Origin: Eledone cirrhosa | Lineage: Eukaryota | Direction: 5' to 3' | Assembly (NCBI GenBank): GCA_964016885.1 | Contig: OZ024743.1 | Location: 152,582,001-152,646,000 of the forward strand | Length of the DNA stretch: 64,000 nt | Shown: positions 34,810 through 47,069 of the stretch, piece after piece | How positions within the stretch are numbered: the stretch's first letter is position 1 | Layout of the letters: each line of letters opens with the position of its first letter | The notes under the pieces: model-generated | Databases searched by the model: none | What the model was told of the DNA's origin: nothing | What the model saw: only the letters and a program-made list of their open reading frames with translations | Translations under genes and position numbers: made by a program

Positions 34810-35760
34810 CAATTTAATCAATTACATACAACATAACACAAGCATTTCAGAAATACATCACATAACACCCAAAGAATTCACACCACCCACACACGTAAAC
34901 ATTATAAACAGTCGGGTGCTTTGATGGGTAGAAACTCAACCTTGATATTCCATAGAGCGTTAGTGGTGGGAAAGAACGACAACGTCCTTGGGAGACTGAG
35001 GGCATCAAATGAAAATCAACTAGACAATCTCTTTGGGAGAACTTTTAAGCCAGGGCCCATGACAACTTACATAAATCCCTGGCCTGGCTATTGAGGAGTT
35101 TTGCCAGTTCGGTTTAAACTCTACAAGCATGGAAGTGCCATCGGTCGGGTCTGTCTGAGGTGTGCGCAGGGCGACGAAACTTCTGCATGCACTTGCCGAG
35201 TGTCCGAGTACTGCCAGCCTCTGGGCTTATGTCAAGCACCTGCTGTCACGTGTAGGATGGATCCAATTATCAACTGAGTCCATTGTGAAGATCTCCACAC
35301 CATCCTTCTTTAGACAGGAAGGATAGACAGCTTTTATCTGCCTGGTGGCTATGACAAAAGAGGTGTGTGGTTGAAGACAGCCATTTTCCTCTTCAGCGAA
35401 GCCCTGAGTAACTTTTTCAGGTTTCACCTGAAGACGAAAATCAAGGTGGAGAGGGAAGTTTTGCATTACAGCCAGTTTGTTGAAAGGTGGGTGAGAGAGG
35501 CAAGAATGGCCCATGTGAATGGGCCTGCCTTGAGCATGTGCTTGTAGTATCATAGGAGGAAAACTGGGAGAAGGTTCTTGCCCTAACTTTTTGTGGTCTT
35601 TCTCCACAAGTGACCCTCAGAAGTCTCCCACCTATTGGGGAATTTTTCCTTTGTTTTCATGTTTTGTTACATCCTTTGTTTTTGTTTATATAATTTTGTT
35701 TTTTTACACGCAGAAATGTCCATTTGTACTGTCCTTAATGTTATACTTTATGTGTACCTT
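34810..35760 (+). mobile_element. Tx1 fragments (short ORF1-like piece, then ORF2 C-terminus and 3' UTR), degraded
   Basis: NFFRFHLKTKIKVEREVL..ERWVREARMAHVNGPALSMCL and 3' UTR acacgcagaaatg. Confidence 0.8.
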
Positions 35761-35789
35761 CGTTATATGTTGTGTTTCATTTTATTCTT

Positions 35790-36560
35790 GTATTGAAATT
35801 ACACTGTAATATGTATGCAGTGCATAGTAATGCTACTTTCTTTTTTGTTGTATATATGTGTAAATCCTGGATTTCTGATTACATTAGTAATCCCTACAAT
35901 ATGACATACCAAGGGAACTATTATTATAAGGATTGTTTTTGTAGCCACTTCCCACCATTTTGTTAATTCTATTTCCAGATATTTATATTTGGATAACAAA
36001 ATTAGAATTTAGTTTTTCACTCTAACATATTAGATATGTAAATGCATTCATTAGTTTTATATTGAATAAAAATAATATTCAATTTGTTTGCAAGCAAACA
36101 GTCTCATTACGCTATGTTTTTTAGATGACCATCACCGACCTTTTGTTCTTGCGGTAACAGAGAGAAACAACCAATAATATTGTTTCTGTTAAAGGGCAAT
36201 AACCCAAACAAATCAAATACTATTATTATTTGATATAAAACTCACAAATGCATATATTAGGATAAATTCTCCATTTCTCACGGGGATACATTATCAGCTA
36301 TTGGGACTGATATAGATTAGGGGGCCCTTTCTTTTCTGATGGTCCTTAATATTAATATCAAATACTTAATATCAATAACAGATTGATTTCCTTTGATCTT
36401 CCTGTTTGCATTGATTGGCATATCGCAGAATATGGAAACTTTCTCATCCTATGAGACATTTACTTGTGTATTTTTATAGCATCTCTTTTCTCTTGCTAAT
36501 TCATAATGCTGGCATGATTTTCAATGTATAATAGCTCTTAATGGTGGCATATTTAGTGTA
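35790..36560 (-). mobile_element. Old Dong/R4-like RLE fragments
   Basis: LSKYKYLEIELTKWW..TKTI and DEKVSIFCDMPI-like translations on the minus strand. Confidence 0.5.
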
Positions 36561-36593
36561 TGGAAGTTCCTGATTATTATTATTGTTATCATA

Positions 36594-36779
36594 GGGCGGT
36601 GAATTGGCAGTATCGGTAGAGGGTTGGACGCCATGCTTTCTAGCATAGTTGCGTCCCTTTACAGTCTGAGTTCAAATCCCGCTGAGGTTAACTTTGCCTT
36701 TCATCCTAATGGGGTCGATAAAATAAAGTACCAGCAATGTACTGGGTAATTGCTGGCCTTGTGCCTAAAGTAGAAACAA
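36594..36779 (+). mobile_element. Full-length tRNA-derived SINE
   Basis: gggcggtgaattggcagtatcggtag..gagttcaaatcc..ggccttgtgcctaaagtagaaac(aatt), embedded in (ATT)n. Confidence 0.92.
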
Positions 36780-36865
36780 TTATTATTGTTATCATAACCA
36801 TTCTCACCAACTATCACAACAACCACTCTCATAATGATTTGTAAAACCATTACCACTTCTACCTA

Positions 36866-37460
36866 TGGTTTCTGATTTAGACACAAGGTGAACAATTTTT
36901 GGGGGAGAGGAAAGTTGATTAAATCGACCCCAGTACATTATAAGTGCTTTATTTCATCAATCCTGTAAGGCAAAGCTAACCTTGGCAGGATTTGAACTCA
37001 GAACATAAAGAGCCAAAACTATGCCATGAAGCATGGTGCCTGATGCTCTACCAATACTGCCAATCCACTGGCCTCTTAATACTACTAATAATAATAAGTG
37101 TTTTTACTTTAGGCACGAGGCCAGCAGTTTGAAGGGGAGGGGAAAGTCAATTAAATCGACCCCAGGTTTTGAACTCAGAACATAAAGGGCCGTAACTCTA
37201 TTGTGCAAAGCAGGTGTTCTACCAATACTAGTAATAATGCTTTCTTTATTTAATAATTGTTTCTACTTTTAGCTCAAGGCCAGTAATTTGAAGGGGAGGG
37301 TAAAGTCGATTAAATTGACCCCAGTGCATTACTGCTACATTATTTTATCGACCCCGTAAGGATGAAAGGCAAAGCTAACCTCTGTGGGATTTGAACTCAG
37401 AACACAAAAGGCCGTAACTCTATGCTGCAAAGCAGGGTGTCTAGCACTCTACCAATACTA
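36866..37460 (-). mobile_element. Three tandem long-subfamily SINEs (36866-37074, 37098-37230, 37257-37460) separated by (TAA)n
   Basis: Reverse-complement B boxes (gatttgaactc), the gtcgattaaatcgac palindrome and tails. Confidence 0.85.
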
Positions 37461-37958
37461 GTAATAATAATAATGATAATTTCTTTATTTGGATAAATGA
37501 GGAGACATTATAAGTACAAATTACAAAAGCAGAAGTGGTTTTGCTGAATTGATTATGAAAACAGATAAAGAAAACAACAGTAAACAACAGGAATGGAATA
37601 AGTCATCCCACTACAGAGACAATTAACTAAGATTAATTCAGGAACATGTATAAATTCATCTTTTTCTATATATACAGTATAATAATAATTTCAAACGATT
37701 GTCGAAATTAAGAAAATAATTCTTCTCTTTAATAAAACTGTCATCTTTTATTACACAGTTACACTATTATATATATATAACATAAATAATGTGTCTATAT
37801 TTAAACATTCGGCATCTAAAATAATAATAAGCTAATCTGTAATCATTAAACAACAATAAAATATCCAAATCTTGTGAGCAGACATTTCAAATTCTTAAAC
37901 CACTTGATTATTTGCCATTGTTGGTCTGATTTAGTGAGAGGCTCTCTCTTTGTTTGTA

Positions 37959-37961
<3 letters not shown>

Positions 37962-38007
<46 letters not shown>
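37962..38007. repeat. (TG)n microsatellite
   Basis: Direct reading. Confidence 0.95.
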
Positions 38008-38009
<2 letters not shown>

Positions 38010-38364
38010 TTAAGCAATGTATATTGACAACAGACATGAACAGCATTGAGAAACCCAGCAAATTGGTGCATTCAATCAGAGATTACTGTGTGTGGCATGG
38101 CTACTTCGCAAGTTGCACAAACAATTTCTTGCCACTGTTGTAGTGATTGGCACAGTCTTTCACAAAATGTAATGCAAGGAAACAACAGCAAATTGCTACA
38201 GCTAGGCCTCAGAGAGTAATAAAATATTTTTTTCTGATGAAATATGAAGACAATACTGTAAGTGTGAGTTATCAATTATCTTAAACTAACAATCTACTTC
38301 TACACAGAGCCTTATAAATTGAGCCTTCCACTTCTCTAAAGAGGATAGTCACAACAGCCAATAC

Positions 38365-38500
38365 ATATATATGTAACTATTGAACTACCTAACAAAAGAT
38401 ACGGATATATAGAACTATTGAACTACTTAACAGAAAATATAGATACATGAAACTATAGAACTACTTAATAGACAATGTAAATGTATGGAACTACTGAAAA
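38365..38500. repeat. 38-bp minisatellite, about 3.5 degenerate units
   Basis: aactattgaactac-like cores at 38375, 38413, 38451 and 38489. Confidence 0.8.
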
Positions 38501-38742
38501 GTTAGACATTTGAACTGGCATAAATTAGAAGTCAGGTACTACAAATGGACATATTGGGCTCATGCTGGTACTATTATGTCATCTAACTTAGCAGTTGGAC
38601 AAAAGAGATTGTTTAAATAAGAACCAAATATTAAGAATAAGTATCGGGCTCAATGAGATATTCTAAATTGGTGATGGTGATGTCCTAGCATGACTACAGT
38701 CTAATGATTGAAACCTGAGACAAAAGAATAGAGGAAAATACA

Positions 38743-38901
38743 TATCATCATCATTTTACGTCTGCTTTTTCCATGATTGTATGGGTTGGAGGGGTCCTTT
38801 TTAGTATGGTATCTCTCCACTCGTGATCTTTTGTCATCTCTACCATGAGCTTTAGTAATTTGAGATCAGCTCTTATGTTTTCCACCCAGGTCATTCTTCG
38901 T
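38743..38901 (-). mobile_element. Older RTE family, 3' end (left part of a split element)
   Basis: Minus strand RMTWVENIRADLKLL..W, then cagacgtaaaatgatgatgatg. Confidence 0.75.
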
Positions 38902-41392
38902 TTTTCTCTCGGATTTTCAATTAATATTTTACATGTTTTTAATAATATGCCTCATTCTGTTGGACCCTTCCTAAAAACTAACCTTCTCCTAGTATTATTA
39001 TTAATTAATTATTCTAGAACCTTCCTTCATCTCACTCACTAACTTTATATACCTTTTGCTCCTTCTCTCATACTGCTCGCAAGTATAAAATAAATCTTGC
39101 AGGATTCCAAGGCCAGAATTTATATATCTAATCTATCTTACGGACGATCCGTCGATTTTGAGAATGTAAGCAAAACACTTGTCTTTCCTTTTACCCCATA
39201 GTCCACTCGATGAGCAGTGTTTTAAACTTCTATTTATGCCAGTCTAGAATTCAAATTCTCTGTTTTTCTCTCAGATTTTCAATTAATATTTTACATGTGT
39301 TTAATAAAATGTCTCATTCTGTTGGACCCTTCCTAAAAACTAACCATCTCCTAAAGTTACCCATTTCCCACCCCCGCCCCCGCCACCGCACACCACCATC
39401 GCTATATGGCCCAATCATAACTCAGCGGTTTATAGTAAGTTCTCTTACAAATCAGTATAGCATAGCTACCACCTCGGTTACTACTCCTTAAGTTTAGACC
39501 TGTTTGATAGGTGGACTGTGGAAATTGGAAAGTCTGAACTCAATGACAAAGTCACAGATAAAGATAAATTCACCTCTTGCTGTAGGACGAGAATACAAAT
39601 GTCCCCTCTTTACTTCAGACATGGATGACCAACATAATTCCGTCTCCCACACCCCTCCTTGCCCCTCCAACCCATCCATCCCACCCTCCCAACTTCAGAG
39701 TTGGTATCATGAACGTAGGCTCATTGAAAGGTCGCTCAAATGAGGTTGTAGAGATGCTTGAACGTAAAGAAGTTGAGGTTTGTTGTATTCAAGAGACTAG
39801 GTGGAGAGGTGGGTCTGCCAGATTCATCGTGGGTAAAAAACGATGCTATAAACTTTTCTGGGTGGGAAATGACAACGGACTGGGTGATGTAGGAATTATG
39901 TTAGCTGAAAAATGGGTAGATAAGGTAATTGACGTAAATAGAGTGAATGACAGAATAATTAAAATAAAACTAGTTCGAAATAGAACTACTGTGACAATAA
40001 TATCCCCTTATGCACCCCAATCTGGTCTACCTGACGTTATAAAGGACAGGTTCTATGAGACGCTAATGCATACTACCTCCCAAATAACCAACAGCGACTA
40101 CTTAATTATTGCTGGCAACCTAAACAGTCACGTTGGACAACATAGTGATGGCTATGATGGAATCCATGGAGGCTATGGGTTTGGAAATAGAAATGAGGAG
40201 GGCTTCAGAATCCTGGAATTCTGTGACGCTAATAACCTAACTATCTGTAACACAAACTTTAAAAAACGAGAAAACCACTTGATCACCTATAGATCAGGGG
40301 AACATGCCAGCCAGATAGCTTATATCCTTACTAGAAGATGGGACAAAGTGTCTGTTGTAAACACTAAATCCCTCCCCCGTGAAGAATGCACCACCCCACA
40401 TAGCCTAGTAGTTAGTGACCTCATAGTCAGGAATAGACGTACTAGATGACAGAGGAGGACTACCTTGAGGAGAAGAATATGAAAGTTGAAGGACCCCATA
40501 GTCAGTGACAAATTTAAAAGCTTATTACTTGATGCCTTTGACAATAAGGAAGAGCAATTAGAGACGTGCAATATAGAGGAACAGTGGGAATTCTTGAAAG
40601 GGAACCTGCTGAAAGCAACGGATGAAATCTGTGGCTGGAGCAGACCTATTGGCAGGAGGAGAGTAACTTGGTGGCGGAACAGTAAGGTGGAGGAGACAAT
40701 CAAAGTCAAAAAGCAGGCTTGGAAAGTATGGCAGGATGGGAGAAGTAGAGAACGCTATCAAGTGGCCAGGAGAGAAACTAGGAGACAAGTGTACCTTGCA
40801 AAAAGGGATGCAGAGGATAGAAAGTTCAAGCATGTTCTACAATGTGAGGACCAAAAACGTAAGGTGTTCAGGATTGCTAGACAATGTGTCAAGGAAAACC
40901 GTGATATTGTCAGGGAGAAGTGTGTCCATAATGATAATGGTGTACTTGCCCTCACTGATACTGATGAGAAGATAGCTTGGAAGTGTCACTACGAGAGACT
41001 ATTAAATGAGGAGAATAAATTGGAAAAAGATAGTCTGCTCCAAATCAATCCAATAGAAGGACCAGCGGTGCAAGTTAAAGGTAGTATAATAAGTAAGGCA
41101 ATCAAAGATATGAAGACAGGCAAAGAAGCTGGGCCTTCGGAGATAGTTGCTGAGATGTTGAAGGCATCTGGAATGGTGGGACATACTATGGTCACCTGTT
41201 TTGTAAACCAAGTAATACAGAATGGGGTCATACCAAATGACTGGCATAGCAGCAACATCATTAACTGCTACAAGGATAAAGGGGACGCTCTAGATAGGGG
41301 AAACTAATAGAGGCATTAAGTTAATTGACCAGGTCATGAAGGTCACAGAAAGAGTTATAGCGCAAATAATCAGAGAGCAAATTGATCTAGAT

Positions 41393-43800
41393 CAGAGTTT
41401 CCCAAACTTTTTCAGGCTGGCGCCCACCTTGGCTTCCAGATAGATTCCTAGCGCCCCCTCTCCCAATATACACATGCAAGCTTTTTTTTTTCAAAGTGAA
41501 AACAACAATATTAAACACAAAATATGTATTTAAAAAATAATAATTAATTCAATAAACCATTTTATTTGGTCTTCACAATTACCCCCAATACACACATGCG
41601 AGCATTTTTTTGTTTGTTTCAAATTGAAACCAACAATATTAAACACAAAATATGTATTGAAAAATACTAATTAATTTAATAAACCATTTTATTTAGTTTT
41701 CACAATTACTTCTAATGGGATGGGTGTACTTGGTGTAGGCATATTAGTTTCTCCACATCAGGCTGGAACTCAATAAGAACTTGTAATTTTAAGTCTGTTC
41801 CTTTACTTGGAAAGAAGCAAGGCAACTGCACTGAAGCCCCGTTCTACCAAATATGATGTTGGAAAGGCAATAAAATATATCTTCACCTTGTTCCATAATA
41901 CTGGATAGAAGTCAGAGATTTTCTTTTGTAACCAAAAATCTTGATATGATTTCTTGAAGTTTGGCCTAAGCTCAATGTCCTTTTGGATTGAAACTAATTC
42001 TTCCTCTGCCTCTCCTGTTTCCTCACTGCTGACATCTAAGAATGGATTGATTACCCAGTCTGGTATTTTAAGCAATAAAATATCCTGAAATCTTTCAGAC
42101 ATGTCTCTTTGCAACTCTTCCAGGTGAGCACAATACACTTGAAGGTCATCATCTGATATGCCCTTCTCTTGATCCAATTCAGAGAGGCTTGGAAACTGGT
42201 AGAGTTCATGACAGGCTAAGTTTCATTTGAATAACTTACACTTAAACAGGAAGGTGGAGATAGTAGATTTGTCTTTGATAAGGTTGACATCATTTCCTTG
42301 CAACTGCAAATTAATTTCATTGAACTTTGTGAATATATCTGACAAATAAGCAATGTCATCCTTGATGTTTCTAAGATCATCACAGAGCTCAGATTTAGAA
42401 TCTTGGAAAAATTTTACAACTGTATCAAACAGTGAATAGAAACATTTCAGGAAGTTTTCCTTTGACAGCCATCTAACTTCTGTGTGTAGCAATAAACGTT
42501 CACACTCTTCATCATTATCAATGCAAAGCTGTCGAAACAGTCTGGAATTAAGAGAATGTTACTTGATTTTATTTATCGCTGTGATAACAGTATTCATTGA
42601 TTTGTGAAGTCGACTAATTAGGTTTTTTGCTACCAGATGCTGCCTGTAAGCACACCAGGTACAGTTTTTTTCAAGAAACTGATGAAGCCACGATGACGAC
42701 CTATCATCGATGGTGCTCCATCTGTTGCACAAGCAATCATGTTAGAAAGTGGGATGTTTTTCTCTTTGAAAAAATTCTCAACAACATTAAATACTGATTC
42801 TCCTTTAGTGTCTGTTTTAAGTTGTCTTGCAAATAACAGCTCTTGAACCAACTTTTCATCTTTGATAAAACGAACATAAGCAAGAAGCAAAGATTCATTT
42901 CCTGGTAGAGTGGACTCATCTAACTGAAAGCTAAATTCTGTTGCAGCAAGAATGTTGCACAATGTTTCTTCAATGTTTTCAGCCATTTCATCTACTCTTC
43001 TTTGAACTGAGTTATCACTGAGAGGGATAGCTTTTATAATTTGGTCAGGTGACTTATGTACAACTGTGTGCAGAACCTCTCTTATTGCAGGCAGAATAAG
43101 TTCCTCCCCAATCGTATGAGGCTTACCAGATCTAGCAATCAGCAAAGATATGTTGTATGAAGCACGCAAACCGTCAGTGGATTGTTCTGAAGTGCTAGCA
43201 AACATATTTCCAATAGTTTTTCGTTTCTGGAACTTTTCTCGAAGTGACTGAAAATATGCTATATCTTTGTCTGAAAATATGCTATATGCTTTATCAGAGT
43301 GCATTTTTTGTCAAATCTTCCAAAAGTCTGGAAGGTTTCATGGCTTCGTTTGAAAACACTTTCTCACACAGCAGACACGTAGGTTGCTGTTGGCTGTGTG
43401 GTGCCTCTACAAATCCATATTTCAGATATTCCACACTATACTGCCTACACTTCTTTTTTGCTTGCTGTGGTGTTGCCATTCTTTATTCTGGAAAAAAATA
43501 ACATTTAATAACATGTGTGTATGTGTGTATGTGTGTGTGTGTGCGTGTGTGTATGTGTGTGTGTGACTGTGTGTGTGTGTGCATACCTTAGTGGCTGAAT
43601 CTATGACATATTTTGTCATTCAGATTTTGTAAAAAAAAGAAAAAATCAAGCTATTTATTGTTTAAAATTTAAACAATAAATAGCTTTTTTTCTTTTTTTT
43701 AATACTACACTGTCACTCTCCAACCGCCCCCCCTCCCGATATCAAAGCACCGCCAGCAGGGTGGGTGGGTGGGTGGTACCGTCCACTTTGAGAAACAATG
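41393..43800 (-). mobile_element. hAT DNA transposon, Buster/Charlie group
   Basis: Imperfect 16-bp TIRs cagagtttcccaaact / actttgagaaacaatg and a perfect 8-bp TSD atctagat at 41385-41392 and 43801-43808. Confidence 0.96.
41712..43479 (-). pseudogene. Buster-type hAT transposase (BED finger plus DDE core), frameshifted
   Basis: CLLCEKVFSNEAMKPSRL, KPHTIGEELI, FQLDEST, ATDGAPSM, HTEVRWLS, FPTSYLVERGFS. Confidence 0.93.
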
Positions 43801-45547
43801 ATCTAGATGAAATGCAGTTTGGGTTTGTGTCAGGTAAAAGTACCACAGATGCTCTTTTCCTTGTACGACAACTACAGGAGAAGTACCTAGCTAAAAGTAA
43901 ACCCCTCTACTTAGCTTTTGTAGACCTAGAGAAAGCCTTTGACAGAGTTCCCCGCTTCATTATCTGGTGGGCTCTTAGAAAACTAGGTGTAGATGAATAG
44001 CTTGTGAGAGCTATGCAAGCCATGTATAAAGAAACAGTCAGTAAGGTTAGAATTAACAATGAATATTGTGAAGAATTTAGTGTAAAAGTTGGTGTTCATC
44101 AAGGCTCTGTCATTAGCCCCCCTCCTATTTATTATTGCTCTTCAGGCTATAACAGAGGAGTTTAAGACCGGCTGCCCATGGGAACTCCTATACGCAGATG
44201 ATCTAACTCTCATAGCTGAATCTATGGCTGAACTAGAGAAGAAATTCCAAACATGGAAGCATAGCCTAAAATCAAAAGGCCTTAAAGTTAACTTGTCTAA
44301 GACTAAAGTTCTAGTTTGTAGAGAGGAAAATAGGGCACATGGAAATTGCCATGCTCAGTGTGTAGGAAAGGATTAGGCAGAAATTCCATTTTATGTCCCA
44401 AATGCAAACTATGGGTACATAAAAGATGTAGTGGTATCACTGGTAAACTATCTAAGAACGTAGATTTTATATGTGGCCGATGTTCAGGGGCAATAAGTAG
44501 CAAGTGCCCACAGGATACTGGCTCCTTCTATTGCCCTGATGGTTCTATAGAAATAGTGGACACTTTCCGTTACCTGGGTGACAAAATCAGCAGTGGTGGA
44601 GGGTGCTCTGAAAGTACAGTAGCCAGAGTCAGAATGGGATGGAAAAAGTTCAGAGAGCTTATACCGCTGTTGGCCACAAAAGGTTTCTCTCTAAAAATGA
44701 AAGGCAGATTGTATGATGCCTGTATACGAACAGCAATGATACATGGCAGTGAGACATGGGAATTGCGTGCAGAGGACCTGCGCAGGCTGGAAATGAACGA
44801 AGCATGCATGCTCCGTTGGATGTGTAATAGTAATATACGTGAATGGCAAAGCATAAATGAACTAAGTGAGAAATTAGGAATAAGAGGGATCAGATGATGT
44901 TTACTTGAGAGAAGACTACGTTGGAATGGTCATGTGATGCGCATGAAAGACGACAGCTGTATAAAAAAATGCAGGCCGATCAAAATTGATGGAAGTTACG
45001 GAGTAGGTAGACCCAGAAAAAATTGGGACGATTTGATAAATTACGACCTTACACACTTGCACCTCTCCAAGACGATGTCACTGGACCGAGATCTTTGGCG
45101 CTACGTAGTAATACAGAAGATCTGCCTTGCCTATGTACAAAGCAAAACCTACAGTCAGTAGGCACCTCTTAACCAAATATACACCCCAATCTACTACCCC
45201 TACCCTATCCTCCCACTCCCACCAACACCACCCTCTCTCTGTAAAGTTGGTACCACAACATCCAGTCCAAATAAATGAGATAATGAGATCGAGATTGTGA
45301 AGGTGTCACCAGAAAAAAATACACACAGTCCACGCTGTAATGTGGTTGTGTAGGTAACACGGTAAAAAGTTCCCAGTTCCACACTGTAAATGTGGTTGGT
45401 GTTAGGAAGGGCATCCAACTGTAGAAAACCTGCCAGATAGTCCTATATGAGCGAGACACGGTCACCCGACCAACCTTGCCTCAAATGTGACAACTCCCGT
45501 CTAACCCATGCTAGTGTGGAAGATAGTTAAACGAAGATGATGATGAT

Positions 45548-46215
45548 GTCCTTTTTAGTCTTCCTCTACTCCGGCTTCCTTCCAATGGAATACTTTGGTA
45601 TTCTTCACACAGCGATCATCATCCATGCACATTAAATGTCCATACCAGCATAGTTTTCTCTTTTGCGCACAACATTTGATTCCTCTTATACTCAATGGTA
45701 TTGTGTATATAGTAGAGAGTTTCTACTTACTTTTTCTACATATCAAGCAAGGCCATCTCTCTGATGGGATCAGGACTGTGTCTTCTTTCCTACTTATTAA
45801 TATTTTGGTTTTTGTTAAATTTACTCTCAGCCTCTTTGATTCTAAGTTTTGTTTCCATAGATTGAATTTATTCTCTAGTTCTGTAGATTCAACTATAAGA
45901 ATCAAATTATCAGCTTATAGAAGTTCCCATAAACAACCTGTCTTAAACTCCTCTGTTATGGCTTGAGAACAAGTGGGCTGAGAACTGAGCCCTGATGCAC
46001 TCCTACCTGTAATTTGAATTCCTTGATAAACTAATTTCCTTCACTTAATTTACTAACACCACCTCTATACATAGTTTACATTGCTCCCACAAGCCATTTT
46101 TCTACACCTAGTTTCCTTAAGGACCACCTGATAGCAGATCATGCTACTTTGTCTAAGGCCTTCTCTAGATAAAAAGAAACTACTTATAGAGGCTTACACT
46201 TAGCTAGGAACTTCT
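45548..46215 (-). mobile_element. Older RTE family, RT fragment (right part of the split element)
   Basis: Minus strand WKQNLESKRLRVNLTKTK, WPCLICRK, WYGH and GSRSRGRLKR, which continue into 38901. Confidence 0.8.
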
Positions 46216-46412
46216 TTTGTCATTGTAGAGGAAATAATCATATATATATATATAGATATATATAGATATATAGTGAAAGAATGAAGAGTAACATGGTTGA
46301 CTGTACAACAAGGGGCTTTATTTCAGTTAAACAAAGCCATACGTTAAAACTATCCATGACGCAGAGTACTCACAACCTCTAACTGGATTACCTATAACGA
46401 TAACTTGTTACC

Positions 46413-46443
<31 letters not shown>

Positions 46444-46447
<4 letters not shown>

Positions 46448-46825
46448 AGCTGAAGCATATATACAGTATGCCCCACACACTCTGCCATACCCCCTATGAG
46501 GACAGGCCAAAATAAATTTATCCAGTGAAGCCCCCAGCCCCACTGTAAAGTGGTAATGATGGTGACACAGCAAAAAGTGCCCAGCCCACACTGTAAAGTG
46601 GTCAAGTAGGTGTCATGACAAAAAGCACCCAGTACTCACTGTAAATGATGTTAGCATTAGGAAGTGCATCCAGCTGTAGAAACCAAGCCAGAATCAGCTC
46701 TATATGAGCAAAACATGGTCACCTGACCTATGATTACCCACAAGAGGACAACTCGTCTAACACATGCTAGCATGGAAAATAGACGTAAAATAGTGGTGAT
46801 GATGATGATATATATATATATATAT

Positions 46826-46869
<44 letters not shown>

Positions 46870-47065
46870 TGATATATATATATTTGTACTATGTTGGTAC
46901 AACAAAAAATTCAGCCCATACTATAAAGTGTTTGTGTAGGTGTCATGAAAAATCACCCAGCACACACTGTAAATGTAGTTGGCATTAGGAAGGGCATCCA
47001 GCCATAGAAAACCAACCAGATACAGTCCTATATAAGTGAGACACGGTCACACAACCCAACTTGCC
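46444..47065 (+). mobile_element. Two RTE 3'-UTR remnants with ~45-bp subrepeats
   Basis: cacactgtaaagtgg units, aggaagggcatccagc and a gacgtaaaa..gatgatg tail. Similar to 55260-55575. Confidence 0.75.
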
Positions 47066-47069
47066 TTCT

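Larger units (their letters stand above)
38902..45547 (+). mobile_element. RTE-clade (BovB-like) LINE, near full length, interrupted by a hAT transposon
   Basis: APE (NVGSL..IQETRW, YAPQ, GNLNSH), RT (QFGF, DLEKAFDRV, LLYADD), PHD-like finger, 3' repeats and (GAT)n tail. The frame IREQIDL|DEMQFGF is rejoined across the hAT. The 5' limit is approximate. Confidence 0.88.

Noticed and set aside
36594-36690. SINE heads as genuine tRNA genes
   Set aside because: A and B boxes are present, but I could not fold a convincing cloverleaf, and each head runs into a SINE body and tail.
46520-46680. CRISPR-like appearance of the ~45-bp RTE 3' units and the 38-bp repeat at 38365-38500
   Set aside because: Degenerate tandem units without unique spacers, no cas genes, and a eukaryotic context.
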